DNA from: a virus
Lineage: Duplodnaviria; Caudoviricetes
IMG/VR virus record: IMGVR_UViG_3300003972_000019
Coordinates: 1-42,655 of that record
Strand: one strand, 5' to 3'
DNA length: 42,655 nt
The translations under genes and the position numbers were made by a program. The notes beneath the pieces are model-generated. The model saw only the letters and a list, made by a program, of their open reading frames with translations, made no database searches and was not told where the DNA came from. Position 1 is the stretch's first letter. Each line of letters opens with the position of its first letter. Positions 7,867 through 16,730 of this stretch are shown here, piece after piece.

Positions 7867-8913
7867 ATGCAGCCATCTGAGATCGCCGACCCGTGCGCCA
7901 CCCGAGCCTGTCTCGCGCCCCACGCGGTGAACGCCCGGATCTGCACCACCCACACGGACCAGCTCGCCCATGCCCTGCGCGACGTCGTGCGCGTCGAGGA
8001 CGACCTGGACACGATGATCAGCCGCCAGGACAACCTGGCCGAACACACCGGCGGTGGCCACCCCGCCGAGCGGCCCCTGCCGTTCAGCTGGACCGGCGCG
8101 GCGGCCGCCGAGGCCCTCACCGGCACCCTGACCACCTGGGCCCGCCACGTCGCCCAGGCCCGCGGGCTTCGCCTGGACCTCGACCGCGTCGTGGTCCCGC
8201 CACCGCCCCGCCACGCCAGGGCGCACCTGGCCGTGGTCGCACCGACCGCCCGCCCCAACCGGGCACACCCCGTGGCCGGCTCACCTCTGCTGGACCGGCC
8301 CATCGTCGCGCCCGAGGTCGACCACCGCGACCGGCCGGTGTCCCGCCGGCACGACGACCCCGCCCAGCTGCCCTACCGTCCCGGCCGCGCCGCCCGCGCC
8401 GCCCAGTGGCTGCTCAACCACCTGGCCCTGGTCGTCGCCCACCCCGACGTCGCGCAGCTGGTCGACGGGGTCACCCACATCGCCGGCCGCACCCAGCACG
8501 TCGTCGACCGCGCCCCGACCCGCTGGTATCTGGGCCTGTGCGACTGGTGCGAACGCCCGCTCTACGCCCGCCCCGAGGCCACGTTCACCTGCTGCCGCAA
8601 CCCCGACTGCACCGACGAGGACGACCGCCCGCGCGTCTACCAGGTCGCCGACCGGCGGGCCTGGCTGCTCGACGCCGCACAGCACTACATGGTCACCGCC
8701 GCCGAAGCATCACGCGCGGTACCACTGCTGGCGAACCCAGGTACGCCGTTCGTGTACTCCACGTTTCGAGGGCGTCTCGGCCTGGATATTCCAGCCGATC
8801 GCACACACCCTGATGGGCGTCCGCGCTACCGGCTGGGGGACTGCATCCGATGGGCACATGACCGAGCCACCGCGGCCGCCGAGGGCAGGCCGCCGCCCGA
8901 GCGCGTCGCATAG
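7867..8913 (+). CDS. Putative phage late-gene regulator (Zn-finger motifs plus C-terminal HTH-like segment)
   Basis: ATG after GGGGAG; CATRAC...ICTTH, YLGLCDWC...CCRNPDC, VTAAEASRAV...GRPRYRLGD; last gene before the late operon. Function inferred from position. Confidence 0.55.
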   Translation: MQPSEIADPCATRACLAPHAVNARICTTHTDQLAHALRDVVRVEDDLDTMISRQDNLAEHTGGGHPAERPLPFSWTGAAAAEALTGTLTTWARHVAQARGLRLDLDRVVVPPPPRHARAHLAVVAPTARPNRAHPVAGSPLLDRPIVAPEVDHRDRPVSRRHDDPAQLPYRPGRAARAAQWLLNHLALVVAHPDVAQLVDGVTHIAGRTQHVVDRAPTRWYLGLCDWCERPLYARPEATFTCCRNPDCTDEDDRPRVYQVADRRAWLLDAAQHYMVTAAEASRAVPLLANPGTPFVYSTFRGRLGLDIPADRTHPDGRPRYRLGDCIRWAHDRATAAAEGRPPPERVA

Positions 8914-8939
8914 CAGGGCGACCCGCCACCACCGGCTGC

Positions 8940-9044
8940 TTGACAGAGCCCGCTGACCAGGCACAACATAGAAGTGCCACGGGAACAGCTGTGGCCTCAG
9001 CAGCCGACACGGAGCCCCGCACCGCCCTACGGTGCGGGGCTTCG
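8940..9044 (+). promoter_or_regulatory. Putative late promoter followed by a terminator-like hairpin
   Basis: TTGACA at 8940-8945 with no canonical -10 at 17-18 bp; 12-bp stem AGCCCCGCACCG / CGGTGCGGGGCT at 9013-9041. Confidence 0.45.
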
Positions 9045-9187
9045 TCGCGTCCGGGGCACCTCGGCCCCGCTCCCCACCAGCACCAGGACCGCGGCCGGTC
9101 GCCCGCGCGGATGCCGCAGCGCGTCGAGTCGCGCCGACCCGCGCCCCGCCGCGGTCCTGGTGCCTCCCAGCAAGGAAGGCGCACGCC

Positions 9188-9544
9188 ATGTCGCCCACCT
9201 CGGCCCCGGCCACGCTACGAGTCCCCGTCAGCATCCGCATCGGCGACACGGAGGTCCGGCTGGGCAAGGTCGCCGCGGTGGCCGACGTCGAGGACCTCGA
9301 CGGCTACCAGCTCGGCCACCTGCTGCGCATCGCGGCCGAGCTGGTCGACGGGCTGCGCCACGAGTGGCCCCGCCAGCGCTGGTGCGTCGGCGACCGCGTC
9401 CGGCTGCCCGGTGGCCACGCCTACGGCCGCATCGCCCAGGTCGACCAGCGCCGCAAGTCCTACCTGCTCGACTGCGGCCCGCTGGGCGTCCGCGAAGCGT
9501 GGTGGGGCGACCTCGACTACCCCCTCGACATCGAGCCAGCCTGA
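9188..9544 (+). CDS. Hypothetical protein
   Basis: ATG after AAGGAAGG; MSPTSAPATLRVPVSIRIG... Confidence 0.7.
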   Translation: MSPTSAPATLRVPVSIRIGDTEVRLGKVAAVADVEDLDGYQLGHLLRIAAELVDGLRHEWPRQRWCVGDRVRLPGGHAYGRIAQVDQRRKSYLLDCGPLGVREAWWGDLDYPLDIEPA

Positions 9545-9560
9545 CCCCCTGGAGGCCGCC

Positions 9561-9800
9561 GTGCTCACGCGACGAAGCCTGCGGCGGATGATCCAGGGCG
9601 CCCGCCACGACGAGCGGTGCTGCATCGCCCTGGCCGTCGAGGTCATCAGCAGCGAGTCGTTCGCCACCGAGGCGCCCACCGGCGCCCTGGCCGCGGTACG
9701 CGCCCACCTCAACACCGCGGCGGCCGCCCGCGACCGGATCGACGACTACCTCGACCAGTACGGCGTGCCGCTGCTGGCCCGCACGGTGACCGCACCGTGA
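9561..9800 (+). CDS. Hypothetical protein
   Basis: GTG after GGAGG; VLTRRSLRRMIQGARHDE... Confidence 0.65.
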   Translation: MLTRRSLRRMIQGARHDERCCIALAVEVISSESFATEAPTGALAAVRAHLNTAAAARDRIDDYLDQYGVPLLARTVTAP

Positions 9801-10042
9801 AGGCCCGCGCCACCGTGCGCCGCACCGGCCCCGGGCAGTGGACCGTCACCCGGCCCCGCCTGGGCTTCGGCCCGCCCGAGCTGCACACCGCGCCCACCGC
9901 GGCCGCGGCCTGGCGGTGGCTGCGCCGGATCGCCCCCGCCCCCGGCCGCGGAGCGCACGCCGGCACCGAGCGCGCCCGCAACGTCGCCACCGCCCTGGCC
10001 ACCCGGCCCCGCTGGGACCAGCGACTCCCCTACGTCTACTAG
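9797..10042 (+). CDS. Hypothetical protein
   Basis: GTGA overlap; VKARATVRRTGPGQWTVTRPRLGF... Confidence 0.6.
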   Translation: MKARATVRRTGPGQWTVTRPRLGFGPPELHTAPTAAAAWRWLRRIAPAPGRGAHAGTERARNVATALATRPRWDQRLPYVY

Positions 10043-10062
10043 CCCCCGGGGGGTGACCGGTC

Positions 10063-11352
10063 GTGGCCCTGCGCACCCTGCACATCGAGATCACCCACGA
10101 CGACCAGGCAACACCGGCGATGGGCACCGTGCGGTTCGAGTCCGGCACCGCGCTGTGCGACGGCGCCGGCAACCTCGTGCACGGCCCGGTCGACCGCCGG
10201 GTGCGCCTGGTCGCCGGTGAGGCCACCGTGCAGCTGCCGCCCTGCGACGACCCCGCCTACAGCCCCTCCGGCTGGACCTACACCGTCACCGTCGACACCG
10301 ACGCCTGGCGCCAGCGGTTCACCCTCAGCCTGCCCGCCGGCGACGGCACCGCCGAGTTCAGCGACCTCATCGGCGGTGCGATCGAGGAAGCCCCGGCGGA
10401 CGTCGAGACCTACTCGCTGCTGGGCCACACCCACGACAACGTGTCCGACCACGGCGGCTTGACCGGCCTGACCGACGACGACCACCCGCAGTACTACAAC
10501 GCCGCGCGCCTTGCCGTCCCGCTGGCCGGCAAGGCGGACCTGGTCGACGGCAAGGTCGCCCAGGCCCAGCTGCCCGCGGTGGCCCTGCAGGACTACCTCG
10601 GCGCGGTCGCCTCCCAGGCCGCCATGCTCGCCCTGACCGGCCAGCGCGGCGACTGGTGCTACCGCAGCGACCTGGGCACCGACTGGCAGCTGGTCGCCGA
10701 CACTCCCGCGCAGCTGGCCGGCTGGCAGGAACACCACTACCCCGCCAGCCCGGTGCAGACCGTGCAGGGCCGCACCGGCGCCGTGGTCATCAGCAAGGTC
10801 GACCTGGGCCTGGGCAACGTCGACAACACCAGCGACGCCCTCAAGCCCGTCAGCGCCGCCACCCAGACCGCGCTCGACGCCAAGGGCACCCGGCTCGTCG
10901 TCGCCCGCGCGAAGGTCACCAGCGGCAACGCCAACCTGCCCAACACCTCCGGCGCCTGGCAGCCGCTGACCGGCTTCGAGCTGGCCGTCCCGGCCGCCAT
11001 CGGCGACTACCTCGTGGTCGAGGTCGAGGGCATGCGCAACAGCAGCGAGTCAGGCTTCCTGGACCTGGCCGTCCTGGTCGGCGCCACCCTCGTGCACTAC
11101 CTGTCCACCGACTCGGCCGCACCCGCGGTCGAGGGCGATCCGGCGTGGTATCCGGGCACCTCGACCGTGCACTACCCCGCCAAGAGCGGCGGCCGCGACC
11201 TGGTCGTCACCGCCGACCACCTCGACGGCGACCAGGTGCGCGTCGTCGTGGCCTGCAAGGGCATCGGCGGTGGCGTCCTGTACGCCAGCGCCGACTACCC
11301 GTTCTCCTGGCGCGTCACCAACCACGGGCCCGTCACCATCGTCAGCAGCTGA
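10063..11352 (+). CDS. Tail-fibre / minor tail-like structural protein
   Basis: DHGGLTGLTDDDHPQY, KADLVDGKV and VQTVQGRTGAVVISKVDLGLGNVDNTSDALKPVSAATQTAL are motifs typical of actinophage fibre proteins. Confidence 0.75.
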   Translation: MALRTLHIEITHDDQATPAMGTVRFESGTALCDGAGNLVHGPVDRRVRLVAGEATVQLPPCDDPAYSPSGWTYTVTVDTDAWRQRFTLSLPAGDGTAEFSDLIGGAIEEAPADVETYSLLGHTHDNVSDHGGLTGLTDDDHPQYYNAARLAVPLAGKADLVDGKVAQAQLPAVALQDYLGAVASQAAMLALTGQRGDWCYRSDLGTDWQLVADTPAQLAGWQEHHYPASPVQTVQGRTGAVVISKVDLGLGNVDNTSDALKPVSAATQTALDAKGTRLVVARAKVTSGNANLPNTSGAWQPLTGFELAVPAAIGDYLVVEVEGMRNSSESGFLDLAVLVGATLVHYLSTDSAAPAVEGDPAWYPGTSTVHYPAKSGGRDLVVTADHLDGDQVRVVVACKGIGGGVLYASADYPFSWRVTNHGPVTIVSS

Positions 11353-11367
11353 CCACCGGAGGTGCCC

Positions 11368-11655
11368 GTGACCGCGCCCACCTGGCTCGACGACGTCCTG
11401 GCCCGGCACGAGCAGGAGCTGCGCGCCGCCGTCGCCCGGCGCCTCGACGACCTCGTGCGCACCGACCGCGCCGACCCCACCACCGCGGCGCTGGGCGTCG
11501 TCGACAACGCCCTGGCCCGCGCGGCCGCCCGCTTCCGGCGCACCGGCGAGTGGTCGCCGGTGCTCGACGTCCTGCTGGACTACCGGCTCAACGTCATGGC
11601 CGACCGCGACCGCGGCTACCGCCTGGTCGACCACTGCAAGGCGGTGACCCGGTGA
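11368..11655 (+). CDS. Hypothetical protein
   Basis: GTG after GGAGG; helical composition. Confidence 0.65.
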   Translation: MTAPTWLDDVLARHEQELRAAVARRLDDLVRTDRADPTTAALGVVDNALARAAARFRRTGEWSPVLDVLLDYRLNVMADRDRGYRLVDHCKAVTR

Positions 11656-12083
11656 GGATCGACCCGCACGAGCTGGACGAGCACCTGCAGCTGGCCGGCA
11701 TCGGCACCGACCCCGCCGACCTCGACGACGTCGTCGCCGCGGTCCAGCACCACGAACACCGGCGCTTCGCCCGCGACTGCCGCCGCCTGCCCCTCTACCT
11801 GGTCACCGGCGACCGCTACGAGGTCGACCGGTTCTGCGACGAGCACGACCTGCCCCGGCAGCTGGTGGTCGACGTCACGCACCACAGCAGGCTCCTCGGC
11901 GTCGAGGTCGTCTACTGGGCCGTCACCTACTCCGCCCAGGCCAGGCCCGACCTCGGCCAGGTGATGCTGGCCCTGCAGCACCGGCTGTACGCCCACCAGC
12001 AGCGCCACGACGGCGAGCTGTGCGACTGCGCCGCGGCCGCGCGCGACGCCCTGGCCGAGCAGGTCACCTGCGACCCGCGATGA
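11652..12083 (+). CDS. Hypothetical protein
   Basis: GTGA and ATGA overlaps at either end; VRIDPHELDEHLQLAGIG... Confidence 0.65.
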   Translation: MRIDPHELDEHLQLAGIGTDPADLDDVVAAVQHHEHRRFARDCRRLPLYLVTGDRYEVDRFCDEHDLPRQLVVDVTHHSRLLGVEVVYWAVTYSAQARPDLGQVMLALQHRLYAHQQRHDGELCDCAAAARDALAEQVTCDPR

Positions 12084-12442
12084 CCACCGGCGACGAACCG
12101 CTGCGCCCGTGCCTGGGCCTGCGCCACGAACCGCGCTGCCCCGAACTGGTCCGCACCGGACGCTGCCCCGACCACCAGCGCCGCCTCGACCGCCTGGTCC
12201 TTAAGGCCAAGCGCGAGCAGCGCCCCTACGACCACGCCGAACGCAAGCGGCGCGCGGACGCGGTCGCCGAGCACATCGCCACCCGCGGCTACTGGTGCCC
12301 CGGCTGGGCCGTGCCCGAGCACCAGGCCACCGACCTGACCGCGGACCACATCACCCCCGTCGCAGCCGGCGGACCCGAGGACGGGCCGCTCGCCGTGCTG
12401 TGCCGACCCTGCAACGGACGCAAGGGAGCACGCAGTGCGTGA
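12080..12442 (+). CDS. Terminase-associated HNH endonuclease (HK97 gp74-like)
   Basis: RPC...CPELVRTGRCPDH...DLTADHITPVAAGG...LAVLCRPCNGRKG; just upstream of terS. Confidence 0.9.
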   Translation: MTTGDEPLRPCLGLRHEPRCPELVRTGRCPDHQRRLDRLVLKAKREQRPYDHAERKRRADAVAEHIATRGYWCPGWAVPEHQATDLTADHITPVAAGGPEDGPLAVLCRPCNGRKGARSA

Positions 12443-12749
12443 CGTCTTCGACCCCGTCGACGGACCGGGCCTGAGCTTCGGCGAGATGCTCTACCACCTG
12501 CAGTCCCGACCCGGCATGCGCGCGGCACGCCCAGGCTGGACCGACGTGCTGGTCTTCGTCCCCGGTTCCACCATCACCGTGACCGCCGACCGCCCGCTGG
12601 GCCAGGCCCTGCCCACGCTGGTGGGCCGGCAGGTCAGGTACCACGACCACCTCGACCTGGTCGACGTGAACGGCAACGTCCACCCCTGGACCCCCCAGCA
12701 CGACGACCTGCTGGCCCTGGACTGGCGCGTCAGCCTGCCCGACCGGTAG
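12435..12749 (+). CDS. DUF2829 / Tad2-family (Thoeris anti-defence 2-like) protein
   Basis: LSFGEML...ARPGW...FVPGST...YHDHLDL...VHPWTPQHDDLLALDW matches the DUF2829 pattern (FG.AL, AR.GW, PW..SQ.D.LA.DW). Confidence 0.75.
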   Translation: MRDVFDPVDGPGLSFGEMLYHLQSRPGMRAARPGWTDVLVFVPGSTITVTADRPLGQALPTLVGRQVRYHDHLDLVDVNGNVHPWTPQHDDLLALDWRVSLPDR

Positions 12750-12845
12750 CCACCGGCGGCCGGTGCCCGGGTTACCGGGTCGGCCCGGGTCGCTCGGCGT
12801 GACCGACTGCGACCGACCCCAGCGCCGCACCCCGAGCCCAGCGCC

Positions 12846-13030
12846 CTGACCAGGGCAAACGTGCATAACCGCAGGTCAGGGGCTTGATAGCTGGTGGTGA
12901 CATGCCCGCATGGACCGTCGATCAAGCCTCTGACCTGCGCAAACAGGTATAACCGCTGGTCAGAGGGGGGTGGGGGGGTTAAGTCCCGTTCGACCTGGCC
13001 TTCGACGACCCCGTCAAGAGGTGGATTTTT
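12846..13030. other. Putative cos / packaging-initiation region
   Basis: Non-coding gap between HNH/DUF2829 and terS. Two 34-bp units CTGACCWG.GCAAAC....ATAACCGCWGGTCAG (12846-12879, 12930-12963), then a G-run GGGGGGTGGGGGGG. Confidence 0.6.
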
Positions 13031-13087
13031 ATCTGTACGGGTCCGGGAGTTTTCGGCCCCGGCGCGCGTGACGACCGGTGACAGGGG

Positions 13088-13714
13088 GTGAGCGTGGGCG
13101 GCATGAGCAACGGCCCCACGTCGAGCGGGAACGCGCGGCGCCGCAACGCCACGGTGGCCATGACCCACCTGCCCGCGCAGGGCTACGACGGCCCGGTGCC
13201 GGACTGGCCGCTCGGCCCCGACGTGGGCCTGCGCTCGCAGCTGCAGGTCGCCCAGGCCCGCCTCGACGACCTCGAATTCGCCTACGACGAGGGCAAGCCG
13301 GTCGACGAGGACAAGATCGACCGCGTGCGCGCGACCGTGAAGACCCTGCAGCACGTGCTCGCCCACCAGGCCGAGGCTGAGGCCGAGCTGTGGGCCGCGC
13401 TCTGGGCGACACCCCAGGCCGCGCAGTGGGCACGGCTGCGCTGGACCCGTACCGTCGCCACCTACGTGCGGTGGCAGGTCCGCGGCGAAGCCGGCGACCT
13501 CAAGGCCGCGCAGGAAGCGCGACACCTCAACGACCGCCTGGGCCTCAACCCAGTGGCGATGCAGCGGCTGCGCTGGACCGTGGTCGTCGACGAGGTCGCC
13601 GAGAAGCGCGAACAGCAGAACACCGCGGCGACCGGCACCGGCGGCGCGGCGGTCGAGTCTCCCCGTACGCGACTGGCCAGAGTGAAGGCGGTGGACCCCA
13701 ATGCAGCAGGGTGA
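13088..13714 (+). CDS. terS: Terminase small subunit
   Basis: LWAALWATPQAAQW...ARHLNDRLGLNPVAMQRLRWTVV, typical of actinophage TerS; position. Confidence 0.8.
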   Translation: MSVGGMSNGPTSSGNARRRNATVAMTHLPAQGYDGPVPDWPLGPDVGLRSQLQVAQARLDDLEFAYDEGKPVDEDKIDRVRATVKTLQHVLAHQAEAEAELWAALWATPQAAQWARLRWTRTVATYVRWQVRGEAGDLKAAQEARHLNDRLGLNPVAMQRLRWTVVVDEVAEKREQQNTAATGTGGAAVESPRTRLARVKAVDPNAAG

Positions 13715-14201
13715 CGAGTCGGTCCGGATCGGCATCGACGGCGACGTCCTGACGTTCGTCGTCACCGGCCGCGAGCCGCAGGTCCGGCCGCCCGAGCCCA
13801 GCTGGATTTGGCAGCTGGTCGAGCAGCACCGCGCGGTGCGCGAGTCCTTGCAGGAACTGGCCAAGCCGGTCGACTGGCCGGCCGAACTGGAGGCGTGGAT
13901 CGAGGCCGCGGCCGCGGTCGACGTCACGCCGCTGCTGACCGAGTGGCAGCGCCGCGTGCTGCGTGACGTCTACAGCACGCCGGGCCCGCTGTTCAGGTAC
14001 GGCTACACCCGCAGGCCCAACGTTCCTTACCAGCTCAGGGACCAGGCCCTGCGCGCGCACACCGGCGCGTGGGAAGACGACCGGCCCACCGACTGGGAAC
14101 GGCAGCTCGACGCCATCCGGACCGACCACGATGAGCAGCACCAGCGGCGGCTGTGGTCCGAGCACAACCTGGACATCAGCGGCCGAGAATCTCGGGGGTA
14201 G
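13701..14201 (+). CDS. Hypothetical protein between terS and terL
   Basis: Overlaps the terS 3' end; GC3-biased. Confidence 0.6.
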   Translation: MQQGDESVRIGIDGDVLTFVVTGREPQVRPPEPSWIWQLVEQHRAVRESLQELAKPVDWPAELEAWIEAAAAVDVTPLLTEWQRRVLRDVYSTPGPLFRYGYTRRPNVPYQLRDQALRAHTGAWEDDRPTDWERQLDAIRTDHDEQHQRRLWSEHNLDISGRESRG

Positions 14202-14652
14202 ACCAGCGGCATGTTCCCGGCTCGCACCGGTGCGAGTCGTCGAGCATGGAGACCGCGTGCTCGACAGCTTCGAGGTCTGGCTGCACGTGCGCGGTCCCGT
14301 CGAAGGTCAGCAGGCTGGTACGGGCACGCCCGTGAGTCTGCCGGTACAGCAGCTCCCACAGCACCACGTGCACGTTGTCGAACGCCAACTCGACCGTGCC
14401 CGGGGTGACCGCGAGGCTGAACGAGCGCAGCTCGCTGAACGCCACGATGCACTTGCGCCACCGCGCCCAGGGCAAGCGCGTACCCAGGTCGGCTGCCTCC
14501 CGGTCGTTCACGCAGACCAGCGCACGAGACCAGCGCGGGTAGCTGTCGATGGGGTGGCCGTCGACCAGCCAGGCCAGCGCGTGCGCGGTCTTGCCCTGCT
14601 GGCGGTCCGCCAGGAGGACCTCGGTCCGGTGCGGCCGGGCGTCGTGATCCAT
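14176..14652 (-). CDS. Small P-loop-like protein on the opposite strand
   Basis: VLLADRQQGKTAHAL (Walker A-like) and VELAFDN (Walker B-like); start at 14652 or 14670. Confidence 0.6.
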   Translation of the reverse strand: MDHDARPHRTEVLLADRQQGKTAHALAWLVDGHPIDSYPRWSRALVCVNDREAADLGTRLPWARWRKCIVAFSELRSFSLAVTPGTVELAFDNVHVVLWELLYRQTHGRARTSLLTFDGTAHVQPDLEAVEHAVSMLDDSHRCEPGTCRWSTPEILGR

Positions 14653-14718
14653 CCGGAAAGTGTGCCTCATCCGAGGTCGAAAATCTGAAACTCGCGCAGG
14701 TCACGGGGGTGATGACCT

Positions 14719-16419
14719 GTGCCCTGGCGTGGTCCCGAAGAACCCGGCGAGTTCCCCACCCTCGGCTACAGCATCGCCGAGTGGATCGAGGGCCACTGCA
14801 TCATCCCGGACGGGCCGCAGGCCGGACTGCCCTACATCCTCACCGGCGAGCAGCTCGAACACCTGGTGTGGTGCTACCGCCTGCACCCGACCGCGGTCGA
14901 CGGCGACGACGGCGACGCGATGTTCTACCGCGGCGACCTGCTCGTGCGCGGGCAGAAGTGGGGAAAGGACCCGCTGGCCGCCGCCAGGATCTGCGCCCAC
15001 GCGCTGGGCCCGGTCGTGTTCGCCGGCTGGGACGCGAACGGCGAGCCCGTCGCCAAGCCGCACCCGAGCCCGTGGATCGTCATCGCCGCGCTGAACGAGA
15101 AGCAGACCAGCAACACCTACGCGCCGGTGCTGGCGATGCTGTCGCACGACCGGCTGGTCAACACCCCGGGCCTGGAGGTGGGCCTGGGCGAGATCAAGCT
15201 GCCGGGCATCCACGAAGGCAAGATCGAGGCGATTCCGTCCAGCGCGATGGGCCGGCTGGGCGGTCGCTTCACCTACGGGTCGATGACCGAGTCCGGCCTG
15301 CTCATCGGCGACGGCAGCCGCGGCGGCGGCGTGACGTTCGCGCGCACGATCATGCGGTCCATCGGCGGTATGGGTGGCCAGTGGTCCCAGCTCACCAACC
15401 CCTGGGACCCCACCGAGAAGTCGATGGCCCAGCGCACCTACGAGGCCAAGGCCAAGGACGTCTACATCAACTACCGGCTGCCCCGGCGGCGCGTGGAGTT
15501 GAACGACGACGAGGGCCTGCTGCGCGAGATCATCTACCTGTACGGCGACAGCATCAAGGAGCGCGGCGGCTGGGTGTCCGCGCGCCGCATCCGCGCCGAC
15601 GTCCAGGACCCGAGCTACGGCGAGGCCGAGGTCCGGCGCTACTACCTGCAGGAGATCACCGGCGGCACCCGGGCCGCGGTGACCGCCGAGGGCTGGGCCG
15701 CGCGCGCCCACTCCGTGCTCGGTGTGCCGCCGCTGCGCACCGGCGAGCAGATCGCGCTCGGCTTCGACGGCAGCCGGTCGCGTGATGCAACCAGCCTCAA
15801 GGTCTGCAGGCTGCGCGACGGCGCGCTGTTCCGGCTGCGCATCTGGCTGCCGTCCGACTACGAGGACCGCAAGGTCCCGCGCCCCGAGGTCCACCAGGCG
15901 GTGCTCGACGCCTTCAAGGCGTACGACGTCGCCTACCTGTTTGCCGACCCGTGGAAGTGGGAGAACTACCTGGACATCTGGGCGGGCCTGTTCAAGGACC
16001 GCGTCGTCGAGTTCCCCACCAACAAGATCGAGCGGATGGACGGCGCGATTCAGCGGTTTCTGCACGCCTACAGCCACGGCGAGATGTCGCACGACGACGA
16101 CCCGGTGGCCACCCAGCACGCGCTCAACGCCGTGCTGGTCAAGGGCAAGCCCAAGCCCCAGCGCGAGGGCGACGAAGAGGGCGTGCCCGAGTACTACCTG
16201 TCGCTGGCCAAGAAGCGCGCCGACGACCCGGCCTGCCTCATCGACGACTTCGTCGCCGGCGTCCTGGCGATGGAAGCCCGCGGCTACGCCATCGAGCGCG
16301 GCGCCTTGGCCCAGACCAGCTACGGCCCGGCGGCCGCGCGCGTCGCGCGCGTCGACCAGGGCGAGGACAAGCCCGAGCAGTTCTGGCGCCCCAACCAGCG
16401 CCTTTCCGACCTGATCTGA
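14719..16419 (+). CDS. terL: Terminase large subunit
   Basis: N-terminal PTLG...WIE; LTGEQ; Walker A region VRGQKWGKDP; nuclease motif IALGFDGSRSRDAT; FADPWKW; IDDFVAGVLA. Confidence 0.95.
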   Translation: MPWRGPEEPGEFPTLGYSIAEWIEGHCIIPDGPQAGLPYILTGEQLEHLVWCYRLHPTAVDGDDGDAMFYRGDLLVRGQKWGKDPLAAARICAHALGPVVFAGWDANGEPVAKPHPSPWIVIAALNEKQTSNTYAPVLAMLSHDRLVNTPGLEVGLGEIKLPGIHEGKIEAIPSSAMGRLGGRFTYGSMTESGLLIGDGSRGGGVTFARTIMRSIGGMGGQWSQLTNPWDPTEKSMAQRTYEAKAKDVYINYRLPRRRVELNDDEGLLREIIYLYGDSIKERGGWVSARRIRADVQDPSYGEAEVRRYYLQEITGGTRAAVTAEGWAARAHSVLGVPPLRTGEQIALGFDGSRSRDATSLKVCRLRDGALFRLRIWLPSDYEDRKVPRPEVHQAVLDAFKAYDVAYLFADPWKWENYLDIWAGLFKDRVVEFPTNKIERMDGAIQRFLHAYSHGEMSHDDDPVATQHALNAVLVKGKPKPQREGDEEGVPEYYLSLAKKRADDPACLIDDFVAGVLAMEARGYAIERGALAQTSYGPAAARVARVDQGEDKPEQFWRPNQRLSDLI

Positions 16420-16439
16420 CCCGCACCCGGAGGTTCGTC

Positions 16440-16730
16440 GTGGCCAAGTTGCGCATCCACATCGACGTGCCGGCGCCGGGCAACCGCACCGTGTCCACCC
16501 TGCTCGGCCTGGTCGGGGTGCTCGGCGTGCCGGTGTCGGTCGGGGGCCTGGTCGGCAACTGGTGGTGGTCCGGCCTGGTGGCCAGCGTCCTGGCGCTGGG
16601 CGTCGCCGCGGTCGCCCAGTACAACGGCGCGGCCGAGGACCTGGACGAGCCCGTCGACCACGGCCCCGCGACCGCGCCCAACCCGCCCGCGCCCCGCCCG
16701 CGCTTCGGCATGCTCGACGAGGTGGGCTGA
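16440..16730 (+). CDS. Small membrane protein between terL and portal
   Basis: GTG after GGAGG; two hydrophobic segments. Confidence 0.7.
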   Translation: MAKLRIHIDVPAPGNRTVSTLLGLVGVLGVPVSVGGLVGNWWWSGLVASVLALGVAAVAQYNGAAEDLDEPVDHGPATAPNPPAPRPRFGMLDEVG

